The position numbers and the translations under genes are program-made. This document shows positions 13,797 through 24,918 of a DNA stretch of 64,000 bases, in pieces (within the stretch, counting starts at the first letter, position 1; the number at the start of each line of letters is the position of its first letter). Below the pieces are notes generated by a model, which was given only the letters and a program-made list of their open reading frames with translations, ran no database searches and had not been told where the DNA came from. The DNA lies in contig OZ024742.1 in NCBI GenBank assembly GCA_964016885.1, positions 306,652,001-306,716,000 of the forward strand, written 5' to 3'. This DNA is from Eledone cirrhosa. Taxonomy: Eukaryota.

Positions 13797-13799
<3 letters not shown>
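13720..13799 (+). mobile_element. Minimal insertion of the 15122-17673 PLE family (inverted subterminal piece plus 3' tail only)
   Basis: GTTATACTTTGGGAGGGTCATGTTGCCAATA is the reverse complement of about 17581-17611; it is joined to TTCAGATAAAGAATCTTGCTAAACAAATTCAGAAACGA, the family 3' end; set in (TA)n. Confidence 0.8.
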
Positions 13800-13864
<65 letters not shown>

Positions 13865-13865
13865 T

Positions 13866-13914
<49 letters not shown>

Positions 13915-13990
13915 ATTTACAATCCTTTAAAACGTATAATGGTATTATAATGAAATAGTATGATAGAATATTAAAATGTCAAGTGTTAAT

Positions 13991-14029
13991 TGAACAAGTA
14001 CTTTCATGTTTTCGCAATCTTCAGGTTCA
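13991..14029 (-). ncRNA. Minimal type I hammerhead, weak stem II
   Basis: TGAAC-CTGAAGA-TTGCGAAAACAT-GAAA-GTAC-TT-GTTCA; palindromic stem III AGTACT. Confidence 0.55.
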
Positions 14030-14041
14030 TAATGTGTGCTG

Positions 14042-14096
14042 ACAGTCAAGTTTGCAATTTTCAACTTTCACAGTTGAAAATTGCAAACTTGACTGT
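14042..14096. repeat. Perfect 25-bp inverted repeat with 5-nt loop
   Basis: ACAGTCAAGTTTGCAATTTTCAACT-TTCAC-AGTTGAAAATTGCAAACTTGACTGT. Confidence 0.9.
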
Positions 14097-14143
14097 TGGA
14101 ATTCCTCTTATTAATACATATATATATATACTTATATATATAC

Positions 14144-14305
<162 letters not shown>

Positions 14306-14325
14306 GTATGCATGTACATATATAT

Positions 14326-14600
14326 CATCATCATCATCATCATCAACGTTTAACGTCCGTGTTCCACGCTTGCATGGGTTTGGACGGGGGTAGTCCCACT
14401 TGAGGCAAGAGTGATTGTCTTTCTCGCATAGGACTGTCTGGCAGGTTTTCTACAGTTGGATGCCCTTCCTAACACCAACCACATTTACAGTGTGGGTCTG
14501 GGAGGTTTTTACCGTGTTGCCTACACGGCCACATTACAGCGTGGACTGTGTGTTTTTTTGTCGTGACACCTACACGATCTCATTTGTTTCGGCCTCGATG
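14326..14600 (-). mobile_element. SINE/LINE-tail-like repeat ending in (ATG)n
   Basis: (CAT)n followed by CGTTTAACGTCCG...GGATGCCCTTCCTAACACCAACC, resembling a common octopus retroposon 3' end (from memory). Confidence 0.5.
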
Positions 14601-14729
14601 GCGCGGCACCAACATAACTTTACATAGAACGGGGTGGTGTGGATCGGGTGGGGGTGGTGGTGGTGGGACGGGGTGTATTTTGTTAGAGATGCCTACTGGC
14701 TGGAGTAGGTTTTACTATATATGTATATA

Positions 14730-15084
14730 TTAATTCAAAATATTAACAAAAATAGACATTCGTGTGATCAAGTATATTTTATTATACATATTTCGGATAT
14801 ATTGAGCTATCTTCAACAGTACGTCCTCATCAGATAAAATAAGATGATGCATGACACACCCTGACGAAGTAGATGGTTAAAATTCAGTCATGACTGCCTT
14901 GACTGAAAGATAGCTCAGTACCTCTGAAATATGTATAATAAAATATACTTGGTCATACGAATGTCTATTTTTGTTAATATTTTGAATTAATATTAATAAC
15001 TCCAGAAAATAATTACTGTGGAGTGCTTCAAATCTATTGTAAAACTTTATTCTTTAATTTACTCATTGAACCTTGTTTAACCTT

Positions 15085-15088
<4 letters not shown>
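14730..15088 (+). mobile_element. Fold-back PLE terminus in (TA)n
   Basis: Imperfect inverted arms about 14730-14815 / 14905-14990, then ACTCCAG...CTGTGGAGT hairpin and tail. Confidence 0.75.
14776..14840 (-). ncRNA. Type I hammerhead ribozyme
   Basis: ATTTTAT-CTGATGA-GGA...TCC-GAAA-TATGT-ATA-ATAAAAT; extended stem II TGTTGA/TCAATA. Confidence 0.7.
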
Positions 15089-15122
<34 letters not shown>

Positions 15123-15127
<5 letters not shown>

Positions 15128-17228
15128 ATACTTTGGGAGGGTCATGTTGCCAATAAGAAACACACATATCCAGGCAATGCAACCCCACATCACTAACACA
15201 AGAGAGGTAACACCACAAGAGCATGAGGATAGAGAAAAAGCCCTAAATGCCCATATGGTGATGTGGACGAATATAATGCAGCCCAACAAAAGGACTGCCA
15301 ACAACTTCCAGGCCTGGAACAATGACGTGCCGGCGTTGTATGGGCTTCGAAAAGACCATAAAACGGGCTGTGACCCTGTCGCAGGACCACCAACTCGGCC
15401 AGTCTGTGGGGCTAACATTGCTAGTAACTACAGACTGTCCTACTTCCTATCCCTGTTCATACGCCCCATCATTGAAATGTCCCCAGATGTATGTGACAGC
15501 ACGGAGGACCTCCTCAGCAGAATCGGCGTGGGTAACCGATCTGGGGACCTAACAAACTGCATAATAGGCAGTATGGATGTTGTGTCCCTGTATCCATCTA
15601 TTGACGTGGAATTTGCTGTGGAGAAATGCGTAGAAATGATCAGTGAGAGCAAGGTTGAGTTCCGTGGGATTGATACCAGTGAGCTGGGACTCTTACTTAA
15701 GCTTACCTATAGTAATAGTTACCTAGACACATATGACCTTAGCAACCTGTGCCCTACAAGACCAACAAGAGGCAGACCACCTACCATTACCTCAATGGCC
15801 AAGAAAACCCACACAGATAGATGGAACGGGTGGACCAGAGCCATACGGACACCCGAAAACCACGATGAACTGAAGAAAATGATTGCACATGCGGTAGGGG
15901 CCAACATAAAACTAACCCTGAAGGAACATATGTTCAAATTTAATGGAAAAACATATGCCCAAGAGGAAGGAGCAGCCATTGGTGTTAGCATTGCAGGCGA
16001 CATAGCTAACTTATTCATGGTATGGTGGGACAGCAGACTTAAACTTAAACTTAAAGAACAATTAGAAGACCCCTTAACACTGATAATGTACTCCCTCTAC
16101 GTAGATGATATAAACATCGTAGTTAAGACACCCCCACTAGAGAACAGTCAGGAACTAGGGAAAAACACAATGGAAAGCATCCAGCAAATAGCAAACTCCA
16201 TCCACCAGAGCATTAGAGTTACTATAGACTACCCTAGTAAACACCCCAACCATCGATTACCTGTACTAGACACAGAACTCTGGTTAGATACCATTAACAA
16301 CAAAAAACAAATCCTCCATTCCCATTATGCCAAACCCATGACTTCCAAACATCTAATCCACCGAAACTCGCCCATTTCGGACCATACCAAAATCAACATA
16401 CTGATTGCGGATTTGGTACGGGTGATGAGAAATGTGTCCCGCATGTGCAATCCCGAAGAACTAGAGAGACACATACAACACTTCATCCACCGTATGCAGT
16501 TCTCTGGTTACAATAGGAGAGATAAAATCAGAGTGTATAGAGGAGCCAGAACGAAATGGGAAAAAATCGTAAATAATGACACAAATGGGACCTGCCCCTT
16601 GTATAGGAGCAAATTTTGGAATAGAATAGAAAGAACTAGGAACAAGGCTAATAGAATAAACTCATGGTATGATAGCAATAAATACCAGAGTGTAATGTTC
16701 ATCAATACAACTCCTAGAGGTGAATTAGCTTACAAATTTAGAAGGGCCCTAAATAAACATAAACTCAATATTAAGATAATAGAAAGACCAGGTACCTCCG
16801 TAAAAACACTTATTAGCAAGACATACCCTTTTCAAAGACCTTCATGTATAGATAAGAAATGTATAACCTGTAAAATAAGCCCCCATATTAACTGTAAAAC
16901 TAGAAATGTAGTGTATTGCATAAGATGTACTGAAGGACAATGTAGAGACAAAAATATAGTGTACATAGGTGAGACAGCTGGTAGTGTAGGGGAACGGATA
17001 AATGAACACTGGCGAGACCTTCAAGATAATAAAGAATCATCTGTACTCTACCAACATGCTAAGATAGAACACAAGGGTAAATTAGAGGACATAGAAATAA
17101 AAATAGAATCTACACACAGAAAAGACGCAATGTTTAGACAAATTACAGAGGCAATAAACATAAAAGAATTACAACCAAAATTAAATAGAAAATATGAGTG
17201 GAACAGCAACATCACAACTTACAATTAA
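15123..17228 (+). CDS. PLE reverse transcriptase + GIY-YIG endonuclease, uninterrupted 701-aa frame (first ~15 aa come from the inverted terminus)
   Basis: LYGLRKDHK, RPV, SMDVVSLYPSI, GAAIG, LYVDD, LPVLD, CIDKKCITC, VVYCIRC...YIGET, RINEH, EA..I....P.LN. Confidence 0.9.
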
Positions 17229-17429
17229 GGACAAAATGAAAACACAACACACACATAGAACAAACAACCAACCAGTAACATGTAAATAAACAAATAAATA
17301 AATGAACATAAACACACACAGACACCCGGATGTAACGCATGCGCAGACTGAGCACACAACACACACACAGAAACCAAATGGCGTAGGACAGAACAAAGGA
17401 GAGGCACAGAAACAAAGAAAGGAATCCCC

Positions 17430-17474
17430 AGTCACTGAAGAGGTCACAGAGTGTGTGACGAAAGAACTATGACT
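17430..17474 (+). ncRNA. Minimal type I hammerhead in the PLE 3'UTR
   Basis: AGTCA-CTGAAGA-GGTCAC(AGAGTGT)GTGAC-GAAA-GAAC-TA-TGACT. Confidence 0.75.
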
Positions 17475-17672
17475 ATATATAAACAACTATCTGGTTGTGG
17501 AACCAACCAACCAACCAGAAATTTATAAATTTATAAATATATAATAAATTGAAGTGAAAGAAACTGGTGCGTGTGTTTCTTATTGGCAGCATGACCCTCC
17601 CAAAGTATAACAATATCGGTTTCAACACACGATTTCAGATAAAGAATCTTGCTAAACAAATTCAGAAACGAA

Positions 17673-17805
<133 letters not shown>

Positions 17806-17823
17806 TATATATATAAATATGTA

Positions 17824-18208
17824 TAGTGACGAAACATAAGTCAATTGCATGAACTCATAATCCTTTATTTACTGCTATATATATTTCGATGATAGCCATT
17901 GAATGGCTATGACCTCATCAGGCAGTTAGTCAGTTCTTAGATATGCCAGCTCTGTGTTTATAGTGTTGATGGTATCCAACACTATAACCGCAGAGCTGGC
18001 ATATCTAAGAACTGACTAACTGCCTGATGAGGTCATAGCCATTCAATGGCTATCATCGAAATATATATAGTAGTAAATAAAGGATTATGAGTTCATGCAA
18101 TTGACTTATGTTTCGTCACTATTATTACTCCGGAACTTATAACTTCGTTGAGTGCTCCCTATCCGCATACTGAAGTACTGGATTTTAACAACACCTACTT
18201 TCTTGCTT
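17824..18208 (+). mobile_element. Fold-back PLE terminus with a hammerhead in each arm
   Basis: About 145-bp inverted arms 17824-17968 / 17977-18121 plus tail; in (TA)n. Confidence 0.85.
18019..18074 (+). ncRNA. Type I hammerhead (mirror copy 17871-17926 on minus)
   Basis: ACTGC-CTGATGA-GGTCATAGCCAT(TCA)ATGGCTATCATC-GAAA-TATAT-ATA-GTAGT. Confidence 0.8.
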
Positions 18209-18211
18209 ATA

Positions 18212-18296
<85 letters not shown>

Positions 18297-18395
18297 TTAT
18301 TACTAATTAACTATTTTTCACTGGGAAACATCTGTCAGCATTTTCTTTTCCTTTTACTAATATATCACAACTCGGGTGTTACACCTCTATTGTTT

Positions 18396-18453
<58 letters not shown>

Positions 18454-18494
18454 CGAAACATACGTCAATTGCATGAACTCATAATCCTTTTTTT

Positions 18495-18550
18495 ACTGCT
18501 ATATATATTTCGGTGATAGCCATTGAATGACTATGACCTCATCAGGCAGT
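18495..18550 (-). ncRNA. Type I hammerhead, same family as 18019
   Basis: Lies in repeat copy 18447-18615; stem II changes keep pairing. Confidence 0.8.
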
Positions 18551-18666
18551 TAGTCAGTTCTTAGATATGGCAGCTCTGTGTTGATGGTCTTGATGGTATC
18601 AGAGTCTTGGGATATATATAAAATAAAATAAATAAGTCAAATGTTTAAAATTTGGCCTCGTTTATT

Positions 18667-18721
18667 ACTGCTATATATATTTCGGTAACAGCCATCTTTG
18701 GCTGTGACCTCTTCAGGCAGT
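18667..18721 (-). ncRNA. Type I hammerhead, diverged relative of 18019
   Basis: ACTGC-CTGAAGA-GGTCACAGCCA(AAGA)TGGCTGTTACC-GAAA-TATAT-ATA-GCAGT; compensatory ACAGCCA/TGGCTGT. Confidence 0.8.
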
Positions 18722-18831
18722 CCGAATTAGTGTGGTAGAGACGAGTACACATGTTGTTGAGGTGTATACCTTTGTCAATACTCTGATATGCCCAGTTCCT
18801 GGTTGGGTTGTTATTTCACTGAGGAACTGTA

Positions 18832-18938
<107 letters not shown>

Positions 18939-19018
18939 CATGGCTATCATCGAAATATATATAGCAGTAAATAAAGGATCATGAGTTCATGTAATTGACT
19001 TACGTTTCGTCACTATAT

Positions 19019-20107
19019 ATCAATACAACCCCTAGAGGCGAACTAGCCTACAAATTTAGAAGGGCCCTAAATAAACATAATCTCAATATTAAGATAGTAG
19101 AAAGACCTGGTACCTCCGTAAAAACACTTATTAGCAAGACATACCCGTTCCAAAGACCCTCATGTATAGATAAGAAATGTATAACCTGTAAAATAAGCCC
19201 CCATATTAACTGTAAAACTAGAAATGTAGTGTATAGCATAAGATGTACTGAAGGACAATGTAGAAACAAAAATATAGTGTACATAGGTGAGACAGCTCGT
19301 AGTATAGGGGAACGAATAAATGAACACTGGCGAGACCTCCAAGATAATAAAGAATCATCTGTGCTCTACCAACATGCTAAGATAGAACACAGGGGTAGAT
19401 TAGAGAGCATAGAAATAAAAATAGAATCCACACACAGAAAAGACGCAATGTTTAGGCAAATTACAGAGGCAGTAAGCATAAAAGAATTAAAACCAAAATT
19501 AAATAGAAAATATGAGTGGAACAGCAACATCACAACTTACAATTAAGGACAAAATGAAAACACACACACACATAGAACAAACAACTTACAATTAAGGACA
19601 AAATGAAAACACACACAAAATGAAAACACACACTGGACAAAATGAAAACACACACACACATAGAACAAACAACCAACCAACAATAAATAAATAAATAAAT
19701 AAACAAATAGATAAATGAACACAAACACACAGAGACACCCGGATGTGGCGCATGCGCAAACTGAGCACACAACACACAAACAGAAACAAAATGGCGTAGG
19801 ATAGAAGAAAGGAAAGGCACAGAAACGAAGAAAGGAATCCCCAGTCACTGAAGAGGTCACAGAGTGTGTGACGAAAGGACTATGACTATATATAAACAAC
19901 TATCTGGTTGTGGAACCAACCAACCAACCAGAAATTTATAAGTTTGTAGGTTTGTAGATTTATAAATTTATAAATATATAATAAATTGAAGTGAAAGTAA
20001 CTGGTGCGTGTGTTTCTTATTGGCAACATGACCCTCCCAAAGTATAACAATATCGGTTTCAACACACGATTCCAGATAAAGAATCTTGCTAAACAAATTC
20101 AGAAACG

Positions 20108-20110
<3 letters not shown>
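19019..20110 (+). mobile_element. Second, more truncated copy of the 15122 PLE family (EN domain + 3'UTR)
   Basis: ORF 18995-19546 nearly identical to the C-terminus of the 701-aa ORF; same 3' end into (TA)n; local duplications at 19530-19660. Confidence 0.9.
19843..19887 (+). ncRNA. Minimal type I hammerhead (copy of 17430)
   Basis: AGTCA-CTGAAGA-GGTCAC...GTGAC-GAAA-GGAC-TA-TGACT. Confidence 0.75.
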
Positions 20111-20189
<79 letters not shown>

Positions 20190-20190
<1 letters not shown>

Positions 20191-20309
20191 GTTGTTTCTA
20201 CTTTAGGCACACGGCCAGCAATTTCCCAGTACATTACTGGTACTTTATTTTATCGAACCCGTAATGATGAAAGTCAAAGTTAACCTCGGCGGGATTTGGA
20301 CTCAGACTG
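20190..20309 (-). mobile_element. Partial tRNA-derived SINE
   Basis: Reverse complement of the 3' two-thirds of the 2901 family. Confidence 0.8.
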
Positions 20310-20312
20310 TAT

Positions 20313-20659
20313 ATAATATAAGATAAAAAGATGGTTAAAAGAGTTCCAATTATTTCCAAAACAAATATCATCATGGGATGATATTTGCGTTTTCATCAGA
20401 TGATATTTGCGTTTTCGTTAGATAATATAGCGAGACATGATATGAAGCTTCATATCATGTCTACCTATTTTATCTGATGAAAACGCAAATATCATCCCAT
20501 GATGATATTTGTTTTTGAAATGCGCATAATAAAATACTTGGAACTCTTTTAACCATCTTTTGATCTTATATTATTTTTATACTCCAGTCCTATAAACTGT
20601 GGAGTGGTACTTATCCGATATTTGCATTGCTTTATTGTGCTACAATAAAACTCACCACT

Positions 20660-20661
<2 letters not shown>
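20313..20661 (+). mobile_element. Fold-back PLE terminus in TA repeats
   Basis: Rearranged inverted arms 20313-20400 / 20472-20573, central AGACATGATATGAAGCTTCATATCATGTCT palindrome, ACTCCAG...CTGTGGAGT hairpin. Confidence 0.75.
20466..20536 (+). ncRNA. Type I hammerhead ribozyme
   Basis: TATTTTAT-CTGATGA-AAACGCAAATATCATC(CCAT)GATGATATTTGTTTTT-GAAA-TGCGC-ATA-ATAAAATA; palindromic stem III ATGCGCAT. Confidence 0.8.
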
Positions 20662-20699
<38 letters not shown>

Positions 20700-20753
20700 T
20701 AAACAAATAATGAATAAAACAATGAAACAGTTCCTTATATTAAACAAAAAAAG

Positions 20754-20907
20754 TTCATTATTTAACGATCGTTTCTAGGATATATATGTGTTAGAATTGG
20801 CATGCATATTCAACAGATCTATGTACAAAATTATACAAAATTATACAAACTATCAAGATTAAATATACATACCAACACATATATACGCCGTCTTCAGAAA
20901 TAATGAA
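20754..20907 (-). ncRNA. Type I hammerhead with about 115-nt stem II domain
   Basis: TTCATTATTT-CTGAAGA-CGGCGTATATATGTGTT...AACACATATATATCCTA-GAAA-CGATCG-TT-AAATAATGAA; perfect 10-bp stem I, palindromic stem III. Confidence 0.65.
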
Positions 20908-21404
20908 ATATATTTATTGAAAGTGAAATAATGAAATATATTTCACCGAAAGTGATTTTTCATTACATCTCTTCTTTCCATGATATCCGGAATACATTGA
21001 GTTCTTCATACGGATTGGACACTACCGTAAACTCTTGGTAGATTTATCTACATATATATATATATATATATATAAATGGAACAGAATGAAACGAAATTTC
21101 ATTTCTCACTCTTAGTACGGCAGTTACTTAAATGTAAGTATGTATGTATGTATACGTACATAGATATCTGTATACAGACGTACAGTAGTATGTATATATA
21201 TACATACTACTGTACGTCTGTATACATATATGTATGTACGTATACATACATACTTATATATATATATATATATATTTGTGTGTGAGCATCTCTCTTTCTC
21301 TCTCTCTCTCTCTCTCACCATCTATCTCCCTCTCGATGTATGTGTATGTAGTCTTTTTTCACTCGTGGGGACTTAATGTTCTTAAATAAATAAGTATATT
21401 AATA

Positions 21405-21566
21405 TAATTGTTTTTACTTTTGGCACAAGGCCAGCAATTATCCAGTACATTACTGATACTTTATTTTATCGAACCCGTAAGGATGAAGCGCAAAGTTAAC
21501 CTCGACGGGATTTGAACTCAGACCGTAAAGGGACGTAACTATTCTGGAAAGCATGACGTCCGACCC
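21405..21566 (-). mobile_element. tRNA-derived SINE
   Basis: Reverse complement of the 2901 family. Confidence 0.8.
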
Positions 21567-21871
21567 ATAATAAGGACATTAATATAATGGCGGCTCTGGT
21601 GGCATTAAAAGATAGTGCTCTGATTTGAATTGATTTTTCAGAATGTATGGTTGTCAACACTGAGCTATTTTCTTTCAAAACCCGCATAGAAATATATGAA
21701 TTGAGCAACATCTCGACACAATTACTCACGTCGGACTACATCAGTGGATCTGCCACGAAACAGCAAGCAAACTATAAAAATAAAATAGCGACTACATAGC
21801 AATCCATCTACTATCTGCACAATTGCTAGACTTATTAGGATTAGTAAATGTACTCGAAATATCCTTTAAAT

Positions 21872-22412
21872 TAGAGGCTCTCGAAGTGGGCGCTAGCGCT
21901 ACCGCCACGGGGCGTTGAAAAGGTCCAGGGGGCACTGGGGCCTAAGGGTGTGGTAGAGATGATAGAATAGTATATTAAATATCAATGATACCTATTATAT
22001 ATAAATAGAGTAAAATAAAAAATATTTTTTTATACATAGTATATATTATATTATTATATATAAATAAGGCGGTGGATTGGCAGTATCGGTAGGGGGTCGG
22101 ACGCCATGCTTTGCAACAAAGAGTTACGGCCGTTTATGGTCTGAGTTCAAATCGCGCCAAAGTTAACTTTGCCTTTCATCCTTACGGGGTCGATAAAATA
22201 AAGTACCAGTAAAGTACCAGTAATGTACTGGGTAATTGCTGGCCTTGTGCCAAAAGTAGAAACAATTATTATATATAAATTAATGATTTTATTTATTATA
22301 TATTATTTACTGTTTGCGTATAGGTGGGTTTCTCCGGAAATAGTGTTGGAGGCGTTGAGGGTATTACGTGGCCGTGGGGGAGTCAATTGCACAAAAAGTT
22401 TCAGAACCTCTG
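21872..22412. mobile_element. Decayed hAT (Charlie-like) MITE interrupted by a SINE
   Basis: Imperfect TIRs TAGAGGCTCTCGAA / TTCAGAACCTCTG; similar 8-bp flanks CTTTAAAT / CTCTAAGC. Confidence 0.5.
22068..22270 (+). mobile_element. tRNA-derived SINE
   Basis: Full-length match to the 2901 family. Confidence 0.85.
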
Positions 22413-23717
22413 CTCTAAGCCTCCAAAATATTTCTGAAATGACCCTCTCTTAGCATAGAATAATGGCATATTAGATCTATAAATCTTTTTGATCGGGCTT
22501 AAACTGGTGCTAAACATCATCGTTATCAACTTCTTGATATATGACAAGAAGCGATATACTTTCATGCAAACATTCGAAATATCATTGTCGCGGCTTCAAA
22601 TTTGTATCGTTCAGAATTTATAATGCTGGAACTAAATTCTTGCTAAGCTACTATATTTGCTATGTATTATATTTCAAACAGCCGATGGTCAGGTTTCTTT
22701 CGACTAATTTTCTTAGACAGCACAGCAAAGCTGACTAGTGAAATTGAGTATAACACAAAACTAATAACAGACTTGTCAACCAATCCCATCTTATCAATGC
22801 TTAACTGTATAGTGGAAAGATATCTATCTCTGGTTGTTGATACGTCATAAAAGTGTTTTCTCTTTCCCCCCAAGTGTGAGGTTTAAATGATAGACCACGT
22901 CAGCAGAGGAAATTATCAATTTACTTCACAGAAGAAAAATACACAATTTCATTGCTAGATTCCCCTGAGATGTAAGTAAATTATATGTGTCGAAAACCAC
23001 ACGACGAAAGATTCATTTGAGAAGACAGAACTTTTTCAGAGTTCTTCACTATAAGTAGAGTATTAAGTTAGTCTTCCTTTTAAGACCGTATACGTTTAAC
23101 AAAACAGGTATTGTGTGGGGAAGATCTGGCCAGTGGCAACTAAAATATCTGTTAATTATTAGTGATGTCACTTTAAACAAAGTTTATCCTAAATGCCGTA
23201 CAGAACGTTACTGAATGTATTTTGACGACATTTAATTCTAATTTGTCGCCAGAGTTTGGCTGACACCAGCCTAAATATTTATGAAACACAATTCACACTA
23301 TTTATCATTTTTATATAATTATATCAGTTACCATTGTTATCTGCAAAAGATGTAATTTTTTTCTCAATGTATGTTATTAGGAAAAGATGTTTAAATATGT
23401 TGTCTGTGTTATTCTAATAAATTATGAACGAAATTATCATGTACAAAATTTAAAGAACATTTATTTAACCTATGTCTTCGGGGAATATATCTCATAAGTG
23501 GATGTATTGGGGATGTAAAAAATAATAATAGTAATAAGTATAGATGTAAGTAGTTACAACATGGTGTAAGACCATGCATTATATTGACTCTAGAACCTGA
23601 ATGGTATTGTAATTTATTGACCCTGGAAGGACGAAAGGCACAGTTCAATTCGGCGGGATTTGGACCCAGACAGTATACCGGAAATACCAACAAATACCGG
23701 AAACTATTCTGCCATTG

Positions 23718-23898
23718 TGGTGGATTGGCAGTATCGGTAGAGGGTCTGACGCCATGCTTCGCAGCAAAGAGTTATGGCACTTTATGGTCTGAGTTCAAAT
23801 AGCTTTGCATTTTACCTTACGGGGTCGATAAAATAAAATGCACCAGTAATACACTGGAGTATTTTCTGGCCTTGTGCCAAAAGTAGAAACAATTATTT
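23718..23898 (+). mobile_element. tRNA-derived SINE, preceded by an older inverted copy at about 23605-23700
   Basis: Match to the 2901 family with an internal deletion. Confidence 0.8.
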
Positions 23899-24918
23899 TC
23901 ACAGAAATATAGTAAGCATTATAAAGATATTGGTTGCAATTCGTTTGGGGCTGGACATATGCGCAGAAGAAGACGGATTTTCGGAAATGACTTGTGTTGC
24001 TAAGGGATTACGAGTACATGCAAATCCACACTAACAACACATCGCCCTCCATCCTGATTTTCCTCTTCAGGTGGAACATGAAATATTGATTAGGGCTTGT
24101 GCCGAAGATGAACGTACTTGCCCTAAACCCTTTCAAACGTGTTCGAACATACGACCTCTTTCGCCATGGACACCAGACAGATAACTGCTTGACCTTCGGG
24201 CTAGAGGAAGACGGTGGGGCGATCTTCACGGTGGATTTAGCTGATAGTTGGATCGAATTTACACTTAGCAACACATTTTCTCCATAAATCACTTCAGCAA
24301 TACCCGTACACTCAACTAGGCTTAGGGGTGGTCCCGTAATTCTGCGTGCAGCTCGGACAGGTCCGACTGATGGCATTTCTATATCTTGAACTAGCAACAC
24401 TCTCAGGTAGCACTGCCAGACCAGAGATTTCTGATGTTTATCGGTGGGTCCTGGAAAGAAAGTCGTTCGAAAAAAATGAAGATAGTTGATTTTCGTCGAC
24501 GCCCAGTGACACCCAAAAACTTCGTCGTTTTTACCTGCCATTTAACCTATATATAATGTCAAGGTAGGGTTTCCAAAGATTGTATAGTCAATTGGAAGAG
24601 GACAGTAAGCACTTGAAGACATTTCAGTTTCCATGCACTCCATCTTGGTCTTCGCTTGACCCAGGACGACAGCCTCGACAAAAGATAGGCTGGGAAAAAC
24701 GCGTCTCACGAAAGGTCCTCATCTTTGAAGAGGACCTCGATGCAGACAAACAGCCTTACAATTTGTATGTGGGCAACTTTTGACATTACTTCTTATAAAG
24801 CTTTCTACACTTGTAAAAACGTTTGCAGGTTCCGTCCGTTGGTACCTCAGTGACATACTTCGTTAGAAACCGTTAGTGTGTGTGTGTTTGTGTGTGTGTT
24901 TGCACTTTCCACCACTGA

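Noticed and set aside
14860-14945. Plus-strand CTGACGA...GAAA motif in the fold-back
   Set aside because: No stem I partner for the downstream arm
18320-18345. GAAACATCTGTC hammerhead 3' half
   Set aside because: 5' core strand absent; truncated terminus only
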